A DNA stretch of 64,000 nucleotides. It comes from Capsulimonadaceae bacterium (GTDB lineage: Bacteria; Armatimonadota; Armatimonadia; Armatimonadales; Capsulimonadaceae). Each line of letters begins with the position of its first letter. Positions within the stretch are counted from its first letter, which is position 1. The notes under the pieces are model-generated. The model did not search any database. It was not told the origin of the DNA and was given only the letters and a program-made list of their open reading frames with translations. The stretch is taken from contig OZ244065.1 of NCBI GenBank assembly GCA_965215505.1, positions 416,001 to 480,000 of the forward strand. The letters run 5' to 3'. The translations under genes were made by a program, and so were the position numbers. Below, one piece after another: positions 19,850 through 30,300 of the stretch.

Positions 19850-20569
19850 ATGCCCCGCGACGACGGCCGTGCGCTCGACGCCTACCGGCCCATCACCCTG
19901 ACACGCAGCTTTGCCCGTTATGCCGAAGGCTCCTGCCTGGTCGAAGTCGGCCAGACCAAGGTGCTTTGCACGGCGAGCGTCGAAGACAAAGTGCCGCCCT
20001 TCCTGAAAGGCAAGGGGGAAGGCTGGGTCACGGCCGAATACTCCATGTTGCCCCGCTCCACGCACACCCGCTCCGCGCGCGACACGGGCAAGCCGAATGG
20101 GCGGACCATCGAGATCCAAAGACTTGTAGGCCGCTCGCTGCGCTCCGTCGTCGAGATGCCCGCCCTGGGCGAAAGGACGATCACGCTGGACTGCGACGTC
20201 CTCCAGGCGGACGGCGGCACGCGCACGGCGGCGATCTCCGGCGCGTTCGTCGCGCTTGTTGAGGCGCTGGCCTGGATGCGCGGCAAGGGGCAGATCAAGA
20301 CCCTCCCATTCACCGAATGGGTCGCCGCCGTCTCCGTCGGCGTCGTCAAGGGCGAGGAGCGGTTGGACCTGGCTTACGAGGAGGACTCGCAGGCGTCCGT
20401 GGACATGAACGTCGTCATGACCGACACGGGCCGCTTCATCGAGGTGCAGGGCACGGCGGAAGGTGCGCCCTTCGACCGGGAGCGCCTGAACCGCCTGCTG
20501 GACCTGGCGCACGGCGGCGTCCGGCAGATGCTCGCCAAACAGCGCGAGGCGCTGGCGGACTTAGCTTGA
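19850..20569 (+). CDS. rph: Ribonuclease PH
   Basis: [41 protein letters not shown]. Confidence 0.97.
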   Translation: MPRDDGRALDAYRPITLTRSFARYAEGSCLVEVGQTKVLCTASVEDKVPPFLKGKGEGWVTAEYSMLPRSTHTRSARDTGKPNGRTIEIQRLVGRSLRSVVEMPALGERTITLDCDVLQADGGTRTAAISGAFVALVEALAWMRGKGQIKTLPFTEWVAAVSVGVVKGEERLDLAYEEDSQASVDMNVVMTDTGRFIEVQGTAEGAPFDRERLNRLLDLAHGGVRQMLAKQREALADLA

Positions 20570-21198
20570 TGTTGAGACTGATGCTGGCGACCGGCAATGC
20601 GGGCAAGGTGAGGGAGTTGACCGACCTTCTCGCGCTCCACCTGGATATGGCAGGCGTCTTACTGCTGACGCCGCGCGACTGGCCTTCCCCGCTGCCGGAC
20701 GTCGCCGAGACGGGTGCAACTTTCGCCGAGAACGCCCGGCTGAAGGCGGACGCGCTGGCGGCGGCGACCGGCCTCCCGGCCCTTGCCGACGACTCCGGCC
20801 TGTGCGTGGACGCCCTGAACGGTGCGCCCGGCCTGTACTCCGCGCGCTGGGCAGGCGCGGACGCGACTGATGCGGACCGGAACGCCAAACTGCTGCTTTC
20901 CATCGCTGGAGTTCCGCCCGAGCGGCGGACGGCGCGCTTCGTCTGTGCGGCGGCCCTGGCGGTGCCGGGGGCTGGGACCGTCACCGCCGAGGGCGTCTGC
21001 GGGGGCATCGTCCTCGACGCTGCGCGCGGTACGGACGGCTTCGGCTATGACCCCCTCTTCCTGCTGCCGGGCCTGGGCAAGACTATGGCGGAGTTGACGA
21101 CCGGGGAGAAAAACCGCCTGAGCCACCGTGCCTTGGCTGTGGCCGGACTTTCTTCCCATTTCCCTCTACTATTGAACGTACCCCGTCAAAAAAATTAG
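20569..21198 (+). CDS. rdgB: dITP/XTP pyrophosphatase (RdgB/HAM1)
   Basis: ATGNAGKVRE, ALADDSGL, GFGYDPLF, KNRLSHR. Confidence 0.95.
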   Translation: MLRLMLATGNAGKVRELTDLLALHLDMAGVLLLTPRDWPSPLPDVAETGATFAENARLKADALAAATGLPALADDSGLCVDALNGAPGLYSARWAGADATDADRNAKLLLSIAGVPPERRTARFVCAAALAVPGAGTVTAEGVCGGIVLDAARGTDGFGYDPLFLLPGLGKTMAELTTGEKNRLSHRALAVAGLSSHFPLLLNVPRQKN

Positions 21199-21216
21199 AA
21201 GCCCGCCTGCACAACG

Positions 21217-21242
21217 GTTTGAGTGGGTAGGGGGCCGGGTAT
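21217..21242 (+). promoter_or_regulatory. SigB/SigF-like general-stress promoter
   Basis: GTTTGA-N14-GGGTAT upstream of the ytxG/ytxH-like operon. Confidence 0.6.
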
Positions 21243-21310
21243 AGGTATGCAACCTTGCTTGGCACTGATGCCAAACAGGAATGCAGATAACGTGACGGAG
21301 AAACAAAGTA

Positions 21311-21778
21311 ATGTCTATCGCCGCGACAACCTCTTTATTCATTTTCGTTGGTTTGTTCGCGCTAATCACTGTCGGCCTGCTGGGCGCAATGGCCTTCGCC
21401 CTGATGAAGCTAGTCGGCCTGTTGGACACGGTCGTGGGCAAAATAGACCCGGTGATCGCTAAGGCGACGGACACTATCGAGACGGTGCAGCGCGTGACGA
21501 CCAACGTCGGCGAGAAGGCGGACCACATACTGGTCAAGGGCGAGGCCCTGACCGACAACGTGACGGACCGGGTGGAGAAGACGGCGGACGTGGTCCAGAA
21601 GTCGGTGATTGGGCCGCTGATCAACGTCAGCAGCCTGATCACCGGAATCTCGAAAGGGTTCTCCGTCTATTCCCATTCATCAGGCAGCGCCCCGAAAGAG
21701 CGGGTAAAGATCAACATCCGGCCGGGGGCCGAGGAGCGGGCAAAGGTCTATCACGAGGGCGGTTTAGACAAGAAGTAG
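21311..21778 (+). CDS. YtxG/DUF948-like membrane-anchored helical protein
   Basis: N-terminal TM plus amphipathic helical region; precedes a YtxH-like gene. Confidence 0.6.
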   Translation: MSIAATTSLFIFVGLFALITVGLLGAMAFALMKLVGLLDTVVGKIDPVIAKATDTIETVQRVTTNVGEKADHILVKGEALTDNVTDRVEKTADVVQKSVIGPLINVSSLITGISKGFSVYSHSSGSAPKERVKINIRPGAEERAKVYHEGGLDKK

Positions 21779-21821
21779 GAACGCCGGCAAGTCGCACGGA
21801 GATCAAGGAGCAACGGTAAAC

Positions 21822-22535
21822 ATGGCGAAAATCGGCAAACAGATCGGGAAAGGGATGGTCAACGGCACCGATGAGGTAATGATCGTCGGCGTCACCGACG
21901 ATAAACCTTCCAATGGTGGCGGAGGCTTTCTCACCGGCCTCCTTCTCGGCGGTGCCCTCGGCGCGCTGGCGGCACTCCTCTATGCCCCCCAGGGCGGCGA
22001 CCAGACGCGCGGCCTGATCAAGCAGAAGACCGACGAGTACACCGGCCTCGCCAAAGACAAGGCCGGTGATCTCAGCGAGGCGGCCAAGGCCAAGGCCGCC
22101 GACCTCGCGGATAAAGCCGGCGATACGGCGGATAGTGCGAAGGCCAAGGCGGCGGAACTCGCCGACACGGTCAAGGCAAAGACCGCTGACGTGACCGACT
22201 CGGTCAAGGCGAAGACCGCCGAAGTGGCGGAAACCGTCAAGGGGAAGGCGAGCGACGCCGCCGACACCGTGAAATCTACGGCGGGTGATCTGAGCGCCAA
22301 GGCATCCGACAAGTCTGCTTCGGTCAAAGGGAACGCCCAAAGCCTTGTTGACCAGGGACGGGCGCTCGTCGAAGACCAGCAGAGCCGCATTTCCGAGGCT
22401 GTCGCGGCCGGGAAGCAGGCCGCGCACGACAAAAAGGAAGAACTCACCGCGGTCGCCGAGGCTGACGGCGACATGGACAAAGAGACGAGCGGCATGTCGG
22501 GAGACAATGCCAGCAAGACGTCAGCCAGCATCTAA
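21822..22535 (+). CDS. YtxH-domain protein with LEA-like 11-mer repeats
   Basis: FLTGLLLGGALGALAALLYAPQGGDQTR; repeats AKAKAAELADT/VKAKTADVTDS/VKAKTAEVAET/VKGKASDAADT. Confidence 0.85.
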   Translation: MAKIGKQIGKGMVNGTDEVMIVGVTDDKPSNGGGGFLTGLLLGGALGALAALLYAPQGGDQTRGLIKQKTDEYTGLAKDKAGDLSEAAKAKAADLADKAGDTADSAKAKAAELADTVKAKTADVTDSVKAKTAEVAETVKGKASDAADTVKSTAGDLSAKASDKSASVKGNAQSLVDQGRALVEDQQSRISEAVAAGKQAAHDKKEELTAVAEADGDMDKETSGMSGDNASKTSASI

Positions 22536-22581
22536 CATAAAGCAACCTTAACCATAGAGAACCACACAGGAGGCAGTACCA

Positions 22582-22956
22582 ATGGCTAAACCAGGCCCGG
22601 CCGCAGGCTCCGAAGGCGCCCGCAAGATCGCTGAAGCCCATCGCGGCTCCCACGATCACGACAAAGAAGGCGGCTTTGCCGCGAACCCCGAACTGGCCCG
22701 CGAGGCGGGCCGCAAGGGCGGCGAGACGGTCAAGAACCGTTACGGGCCGTCCTTCTACCAGAGCATCGGCAAGAAGGGCGGTGAAACCGTCAAGCGCGAG
22801 CGCGGCACCGAGTTCTACGCCGAGATTGGCCGCCGCGGCGGCGAGATGCGCGGCCAGCGCGCCGCCGCCCAGCGCAACGCGGCGGCGGGCGAAACCCCGG
22901 CCCCGGTGACCCCGCCCCGGCGGCGTGGCCGGCCGGCGAAGAACCCTGCCGCCTGA
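22582..22956 (+). CDS. KGG-repeat general stress protein
   Basis: GFAANPELAREAGRKGG, FYQSIGKKGG, FYAEIGRRGG. Confidence 0.88.
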   Translation: MAKPGPAAGSEGARKIAEAHRGSHDHDKEGGFAANPELAREAGRKGGETVKNRYGPSFYQSIGKKGGETVKRERGTEFYAEIGRRGGEMRGQRAAAQRNAAAGETPAPVTPPRRRGRPAKNPAA

Positions 22957-22965
22957 CAGCGGCTC

Positions 22966-22997
22966 ACGGCCCAGGCTCTCCAGCCTGGGCCGTTTCT
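22966..22997 (+). terminator. Intrinsic terminator after the stress operon
   Basis: acggcccaggct-ctcc-agcctgggccgt followed by TTCT. Confidence 0.7.
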
Positions 22998-23021
22998 GTC
23001 CGTCCCTCCCGAGGGTGTACG

Positions 23022-24669
23022 ATGCCGACCTCTCACCACCCCACGGCTCTGCTGCATGCGAGCTTCGTGGATTACGCCATTATCGCGGTCTACTTCCTGT
23101 TCGTCCTCGCCATCGGCGCGGTGGTCAGCCGCCGCATGAAGAGCAGCGAGGATTTTTTCCAGGCGGGCCGCTCCATGCCCGCCTGGGTGACGGGCCTCGC
23201 GTTCCTCTCCGCCAACCTCGGCGCATTGGAAGTCCTGGGCATGGCCGCGCAGGGGGCCGAATACGGCCTGATGACGGCCCACTTCTACTGGATCGGTGCC
23301 ATCCCGGCTATGGTCTTCCTCGCCGTCTTCATGATGCCGTTCTACTACGGGTCCAAAGCGCGCAGCGTCCCCGAGTACCTCCAGAAGCGCTACAACGAGC
23401 CGACGCGGGCGGTCAACGCCATCACCTTCGCCGTCAGCACGCTGGTCCTTTCCGGGACCTCGATGTACGGCATGGGGCTGGTCTTCCACGACCTGCTGGG
23501 CTGGGACATCAACCTGACCATCTGGCTGGCGGCGGGCGTCGTCCTGGTCTATACGGCCCTGGGCGGGCTGACCTCGTCCATCTACAACGAGGTCTTGCAG
23601 TTCTTCCTCATCGTGCTGGGCCTGGCCCCGCTCGTGATCGTCGGCGTCCTGGCGGCTGGCGGCTGGACCGGCGTCGCCGCCCACGTCCCGGCCTCGTTCC
23701 TGCACACCTGGCACGGGACGGCCCACGAGGCGACCAACTCCATGCACGTCACCTGGCCCGGCATCGTCCTGGGTCTGGGCTTCGTGCTCTCGTTCGGCTA
23801 CTGGTGTACCGACTTCCTGGTCATCCAGCGCGCCCTGGCCGCCGAGGACATCAACGCCGCCCAGCGGACGCCGCTGATCGCCGCCCTTCCGAAGATCTTC
23901 TTCCCGTTCCTGGTCATCCTGCCCGGCCTGCTCGCCCTGCCGCTGTTCCCGCACCTGGGCGACAAGAACGACCCGTCCATGTCCTACAACAACGCCCTGC
24001 CGCTGCTGATGGGGCACTTCTACCCGGCGGGAATGCTCGGCCTGGGCCTGACCGCCCTGCTCGCCTCGTTCATGTCCGGCATGGCGGGCAACACGACGGC
24101 CTTCAACACCGTCTTCACCTACGATCTGTATCAGGCTTATCTCGTCAAGAACCGCGACGACAGGCACTACCTGAACGTCGGGCGGGTCGCGACCGTCGCG
24201 GGCGTGCTGATCAGCGTCGGCACGGCCTACTCTCGCCGCCAGCGCGCCGAGCATCATGGACTTCACGCAGACGGTCTTCGGGTTCGTCAACGCCCCCTGC
24301 TGGGGACGTTCCTGTTCGGCATGTTCTGGAAGCGGACGACGCCCTGGGGCGGCTTCTGGGGGCTGATCGTCGGGACACTGGCCGCCGTCGTCCACTTACA
24401 TGCTGACGGTGCATGGCGTGTTCCACTACTCGACCGACCAGGCCGGCAACTTCTGGCGGGCCTTCATCGCCTTCTCGGTCGGCGCGCTGGCGACTTACCT
24501 CATCAGCCTGGTGACGGAGCCGAAGCCGCTGGAAGAGCTGCGCGGGCTGGTCTATTCGGAAACGCCCCGGCCCGAAGCGGACGCCCATCTGCCCTGGCAC
24601 AAGCGGCCCCTGGTGTTCGGCTTGGTCGTCCTGGCCCTGGCCGCCTTGATGAACGCCCTGATCTGGTAG
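23022..24669 (+). CDS. Sodium:solute symporter (SSS) with three single-base indels near the 3' end
   Basis: AGRSMPAW, SANLGALE, YTALGGL, GYWCTDFLVIQRALAA; natural C-terminus lies in frame 24400-24669. Confidence 0.88.
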
Positions 24670-24705
24670 ACAGGGCTGCGTAGAGAGGGTTGTGAGGAAA
24701 CGACG

Positions 24706-24903
24706 ATGCTGGATTTAAGGATGCCGGTCGGCCTGTTCTTTCTGCTGATCGGCGCGATATTAGGCGTGGACGGCCTGATGCACCCGATCAAGACGCCGGG
24801 CGTGGACCTGGTCCTGAACCGCGACTGGGGCGCGTTCCTGTTCCTGTTCGGCGCGGTGATGACCGCCTTCGGTGCCCGCGCCCAGCGGCGCATGGGCGGT
24901 TAG
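24706..24903 (+). CDS. Small two-TM membrane protein associated with the SSS gene
   Basis: MLDLRMPVGLFFLLIG...NRDWG; GAGG RBS. Confidence 0.7.
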   Translation: MLDLRMPVGLFFLLIGAILGVDGLMHPIKTPGVDLVLNRDWGAFLFLFGAVMTAFGARAQRRMGG

Positions 24904-25292
24904 GCGGCGTCCGGCGCGACGGCGATGGCCTCGATCTCTACAAGCACGTCGAGCGGCAGGCGGGCGACCTCGATGGTTGACCGGGCCGGCTTGACTCCGG
25001 TGAAGTAGGCCCCATACACGCTGTTCAACACGGCGAAGTCGTTCAGGTCTTTGAGGAAGATGGTCGTCTTGACGATGTGGTCCAGCCCCAGCCCTTCCTG
25101 CTTGAGGATGGAGGCGAGGTTACGCAGGCACTGCCGCACCTGGGTCTCGAAGCCGCCCTCCACCACGAGGCTGGTGGCCGGGTCCAGCGGGATCTGGCCG
25201 GAGATGTAGAGGAACGGGCCGACCCGGACGGCGGGCGAGTAGGGTGCCCCCTGGAGCGGGCCGGCCTCGGTGTGTATCGCTTTCTTTTCCAT
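24900..25292 (-). CDS. RidA/YjgF enamine deaminase
   Basis: PYSPAV, YISGQIPLDP, VKTTIFLKDLNDF, PARSTIEVARLP..LVEIEAIA; true start ATG 25292. Confidence 0.93.
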   Translation of the reverse strand: MEKKAIHTEAGPLQGAPYSPAVRVGPFLYISGQIPLDPATSLVVEGGFETQVRQCLRNLASILKQEGLGLDHIVKTTIFLKDLNDFAVLNSVYGAYFTGVKPARSTIEVARLPLDVLVEIEAIAVAPDAA

Positions 25293-25376
25293 GAGGGCAT
25301 TATGGCCCGCCCCCGCGCGTTTGTCAAACCGTGTGCTATAATGACCCCATGAGAGCCACGCTATGAAGGCCACGCT

Positions 25377-26312
25377 ATGAAAGCCATGATCCTGGCGGCG
25401 GGGGAGGGGACGCGGCTCCGCCCGCTGACGCTGACCCTGCCCAAGCCCATGGTCCCCATCGTCGGGACGCCCCTGCTGGAACGGACATTGCTCTGGCTGG
25501 CGGGCCAGGGCGTCACCGAGGCGGCCATCAATCTCTTTCACCGCCCCCAGGCGATCCCGGACCACTTCGGGGGCGGCTTCGCCGGCATCCGCCTCCACTA
25601 CTTCTTTGAAGAGACGCTGCGCGGCACGGCGGGCGGCGTGAAGGCCGCCGAAGCCGTCTTCCCTGATGCCCCGTTCTTCGTGATCTACGGCGACAACCTC
25701 ATTCAAGCCGACCTGCGCCGCCTGTGGGACTTCCACGCCGCGCACGGCGGGGCGGGGACGGTCGGGCTGTTCCACCATCCGAACCCCTCGGCGGCGGGCA
25801 TCGTCGCGGTCGAGGCCGACGGGCGCATCACCCGGTTCGTCGAGAAGCCGCCCGCCGCCGAGGTCTTCAGCGACCTGGCGAACGCGGGCGTTTACGTCCT
25901 CGACCCGGCCGTCCTGGGCGTCATCCCCCCCGGTGTCGCCTCCGACTTTGGCCGCGACATCTTCCCCCGCCTGCTGGCCGACGGCCTGGCGCTTTACGGA
26001 ACGCCTCTCGGCGGCTACTTGCAAGACACGGGCACGCCCGAGGCATACCGGCAGGCGAATTGGGACCTGCTGGCCGGGCGGACCGGAGAAGTCTATGATG
26101 ACCCGAGCCTCTGGATAGACCCCTCAGCCCAGGTCGGACGCGATGTGACTTTTTGCGGCCGCAACGTCGTCGGCGCGCAATCCGTCATCGGCGACGGGGC
26201 GATCATCGCCGACAGCATCCTCTGGGCCGGGGCGCAGGTCGCGCCGGGCGGCCGGGTGGAGGACACCATCCTCGCGCCCGCCGTCGCCGTGAAAATCATT
26301 CCCAGCATCTAG
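25377..26312 (+). CDS. Sugar-1-phosphate nucleotidyltransferase (HddC/mannose-1-P guanylyltransferase-like)
   Basis: AMILAAGEGTRLRPLT...PKPM, GTAGG, FVEKP, NAGVY, DFGRDIFP. Confidence 0.9.
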   Translation: MKAMILAAGEGTRLRPLTLTLPKPMVPIVGTPLLERTLLWLAGQGVTEAAINLFHRPQAIPDHFGGGFAGIRLHYFFEETLRGTAGGVKAAEAVFPDAPFFVIYGDNLIQADLRRLWDFHAAHGGAGTVGLFHHPNPSAAGIVAVEADGRITRFVEKPPAAEVFSDLANAGVYVLDPAVLGVIPPGVASDFGRDIFPRLLADGLALYGTPLGGYLQDTGTPEAYRQANWDLLAGRTGEVYDDPSLWIDPSAQVGRDVTFCGRNVVGAQSVIGDGAIIADSILWAGAQVAPGGRVEDTILAPAVAVKIIPSI

Positions 26313-26325
26313 GAACCAACGCCCC

Positions 26326-27303
26326 ATGATCATCACGCAGACACCCCTCCGCATCTCCTTCGCGGGCGGCGGCACCGATTTCCAGGGGTACTACGCCCAG
26401 GGCGGCGGCGCGGTCGTCTCCTCCGCCATCGACAAGTACATCTATGTCGTCATCAAGGAGCGGTTCGACGGCAACATCCGCGTCGGCTATACCCGCACGG
26501 AGATGGCGGAACGGGTGGACGAGATCGAACACGAGCTGGTGCGCGAGTGCCTGCGCCTGACCGGGATCGAGGGCGGCGTCGAGATCGCGACCATGGCAGA
26601 CATCCCTTCCGAGGGCAGCGGTCTAGGATCGTCCAGCACCGTCACCGTGGGCCTCCTCAACGCCATGTACGCCTACCAGGGCGTCCTCGTCACGGCGGAA
26701 ACTCTTGCCGCCCAGGCCTGCCGGATAGAAATCGAAATTTTGGGCAAGCCCATCGGCAAGCAGGACCAGTACATCGCCGCCTATGGCAACCTGCGCCGGT
26801 TCACGTTCAACCCGGACGAGACGGTGACGGCGCAGACGGTATGCCTGACCGAAGAAAAGCGGCGTCGTTTCGGGGAAAGCCTGATGCTGTTCTACACCGG
26901 CATCACCCGGCAGGCAGGCACGATCTTGAGCGAGCAAAAAGCCAACATCGAGGACAAGCGAGTCTGGCTGGACCGAATCAAGGGCCAGGTCGGCGAGGTC
27001 GAGGCCGCCCTCCTGGACGGCAACCATAACAAGGTCGGGCGGCTGATGCAGACCGGCTGGGAATGGAAAAAGCAGATGTCCGGCCGCATCAGCAGTCCCG
27101 ACATAGACGCCCTCTACGAGCGCGCCCTGGACGCGGGGGCGACCGGCGGCAAGATCGCGGGCGCGGGCGGCGGCGGTTTCCTGCTGCTCTACTGCCCCCC
27201 CGACCGCCAGCCCGCCGTCCGCGAGGTGCTGTCGGGGATGCGCGAGATGCCCTTCAGCCTGGAGCGCGACGGCAGCAAGGTCATCTTCAACGCCCGCCGC
27301 TGA
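26326..27303 (+). CDS. GHMP kinase (HddA-like heptose-7-phosphate kinase)
   Basis: TPLRISFAGGGTD, GSGLGSSS, GKQDQY, GGKIAGAGGGGF. Confidence 0.88.
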   Translation: MIITQTPLRISFAGGGTDFQGYYAQGGGAVVSSAIDKYIYVVIKERFDGNIRVGYTRTEMAERVDEIEHELVRECLRLTGIEGGVEIATMADIPSEGSGLGSSSTVTVGLLNAMYAYQGVLVTAETLAAQACRIEIEILGKPIGKQDQYIAAYGNLRRFTFNPDETVTAQTVCLTEEKRRRFGESLMLFYTGITRQAGTILSEQKANIEDKRVWLDRIKGQVGEVEAALLDGNHNKVGRLMQTGWEWKKQMSGRISSPDIDALYERALDAGATGGKIAGAGGGGFLLLYCPPDRQPAVREVLSGMREMPFSLERDGSKVIFNARR

Positions 27304-27340
27304 CGTTCCTGCCCTGACGTCGTAGTGGAAGGACCCCTTC

Positions 27341-30300
27341 ATGGATGTGCCTCGAATTTCCCGGCGCGAACTGCTGGTGCTGGCAGGGGCCACGAGCGTC
27401 TCCGGCCTGCTGGCCGGGCGAAACCGGGCTGAGGGACGACCCATCCTACCTGGCAGGGACAAAGGGCCGGACTTGCAGAGGGCCATGATCTGGACCTCCG
27501 GCCCCTCCCCGGTGAACACCCACTTCGTGGCGTTCCGAAAGCAGTTCACGCTGCCGGATGCGCCCCGCGAGGCCCTGCTCTCCCTGTTCGCGGATGTCCG
27601 CTACCTGCTCTGGATCAACGGCAGGCATGTCACACGCGGGCCGGCGCGGTTCCAGGCGGAGGGGCCGGAATACGACACGGTTCCGGTCGGGCCGTTTTTG
27701 ATGGCCGGTCCCAACACCTTCGCTGTCCTGGTCATGGCGAACGCCAGTAACGGCAAAATGATGCGCCACGTTCCGGGCCTGACCGCGCGCCTGGACATTA
27801 CAGGTCTTCAGGGGACACAAACGGTCGTCTCGACGGATGAAACCTGGAAGTGGAGCGGACAAACGCGCTACCGGGAACCCCACGTTGATTGGGGGAACGC
27901 GATGGACGTCATTGACTCGACGGTGGAAGACGGGGATTGGACCCAGCCCGAGTATCAGGATAGGCTGTGGGAAAACGCGGTCAAGATCGCCGGTTCCCAG
28001 TGGGGGCCTCTTTCCGCCCGCCGCATTCCGATGCTCAAAGAGACGCCGCTGACCGTCAGGCTGAACGACCGGGACTTCCCGGTCACCCTCTCGGCGGGGC
28101 AGCAGGCCGAGTTCAAGACGGACCATCTGGTCCAGGCCTACACCGCGCTCGATTTCGAGGCGGACCCGGACACCAGCTTCGAGCTGTCCTATGCCCACAT
28201 CTCCTACAAGGCCAGGGCCGGTCGGCAGTTCTACCTTTCCACCGACACGCACGGCTTCAAAGACGGCACGATCAGGGTGACTTCGGGCAGGATCACCATC
28301 CACTCCTTCGTTCCGGTCGAGCGGATCTACCCGTTCGAATGTGTCGGCAGCTTTCACAGCAGCGATCCGCTCCTCGACAAGCTCTGGAGCCTGTGCGCGC
28401 GGTCCCTCCAGGTCATGAGCGAAGACTCCTACGTTGACTGCGCCGACCGGGAGCGCACCGAATGGATGGACGACACTCCGCCCTGTTATGACGTCACGGC
28501 GACGGCGATGGCCGGCCCCGGCCCGAACGGCGCGAAGGTCTATGGCGACCCGCGCCTGCTGGAAGAGCTGCTGCGGCGCACGGCGCTGACTCTCCAGCCG
28601 GGCGGGTGGGTGAAGGCGCACACCTGCTCGGACCGTTTCGACATCCACGCCAAAATGGAGGACCGCGCCTGCGACTGGGTGGAAGGGGCGCGGCTCTACT
28701 ATGAGGGTACGGGCAGCGCCGCGCCCCTGCGCGAGATCTGGCCTGCCATCGTCGCGCAGATGGATTACTTCCTGGAGCGCCGCAGCCCGCGCGGCCTGGT
28801 CATCGGCCGGGAATGGGTCATGTGGGCGAACCCGATGGGGTATGAAACGGGCGAGGGGGCGGGGCTGAACGCCTTCGTCTACAAGGCCCTCGCCGACGCG
28901 GCGTTTCTCGCCAGGGTCCTCGGCAAGACCGGGGATGCCGCGCGGTTTGCTCAGGCCGCAAAGGACCTGTCCGCCGCCTTCAACCGGGTGCTTTGGGACG
29001 AGGAGGCCGGGACCTACTATTCCGGCTACGACACGGACGCCGCCGATCTGCCGCCCGGAGTCCTCAAGGGCAAGATCGGTTTACAGGCGGATTGGAACCT
29101 CCCGCCCAAACCGCCCACTCTGGCCGACAATCGCATCGCCCCCACGGTCTACCCCGCCCTCATCGCCCTGGACCAGGGGATCGTTCCGGCGGCGCGGCGG
29201 GAGCGGGTCATGAGGTATCTCCTGGCTCATCCCGATCCGAACCCACGGATCATGTTCTATTACTACTACTGGAAACAGCTCTACGCCGCAGATCAGCCTG
29301 ACCTGGACAAGCACATCCTGGAAACCATGCGCCGGAAATGGAAGGCCATGGCGGACTCCCCCTGGCAGACCAGCTTCGAAGACTTCCACGTCGGGTCGCA
29401 GGCGCACTGCTATGGCCTGTTCCCCGGCTATTTCCTGAGCGCCCATGTCCTGGGTGTCCGCCGGGACAGGCCGGTCTGGGAGCGTCACCTGCTCATCGAG
29501 CCGCATCTGGGGGATTTGATGTCCGCCGGGGGGACGGTGGTCACGGAGTTCGGGCCTGTCCCGGTGACATGGAAAATCGGGACGGGGACCCTGGACTTCC
29601 ATTTTGTCGTCCCCGACGGGGTGACGGCGACGGTCAGACTGCCCCAGATCGGGGCGGGGCCGCGTCTCACGATGAACGGGAAAACGATCCCGGCAGCCGC
29701 GCAAGGCGGCCGTTGCGTGCTGACACTGGGCGCGGGGCCGCACACGGGGCGCGTCACCTTCACGCCGCTTCCCTCCCCACCGCCCGCCCCCGATCCGATC
29801 ACGGCGTGGACGAGCGACTCGTCGCAGGCGGCGTTCGAGGCCGATCTGGCGAAGGGCAGTCTGGTCGCCCTGGGCGCGAGTGCCTGCATGTCCGCCTCGG
29901 AGGTCGGGGCCGCAGACGCAGGCGGCGGCGTGAACGCCGACCCCCTCCGCAACGGCACGACCCTCAACGGATCAGGCCGGCCGGAGACACAGAACGACGG
30001 CAAGACCTTCCGAGGCTACGGGGCCGGCAGCTCGGTCACCTTCCGACTCGACACGGCGAGCAGCCCGAACGGCTATGATGTTTCGCAGATAAGGACGTTC
30101 GCCGGCCATGAGGACGGCCGGGCCAGCCAGAGTTACTCGGTTTCGGTGTCTCACCACTCCGACCCGGCGAGGTTCACGCTCCTGGTCCCTTCCGCCTCCG
30201 TGGACTGCCAGGGAGGCTCGTCAGAGATCGTCATCCGGGACCTGCGCGGCGGCGTCATCGCCAACGGCCCCGCCGCCAACGCGAGCGGTGTGGCGGCGGT

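Noticed and set aside
22040..22330. Periodic ~33-bp repeats as a possible CRISPR array
   Set aside because: Degenerate coding repeats of the LEA-like 11-mer; no identical repeats with unique spacers and no cas genes
25293..26024. 374-aa version of the RidA ORF
   Set aside because: The extension is antisense to the nucleotidyltransferase; promoter and homology point to ATG 25292
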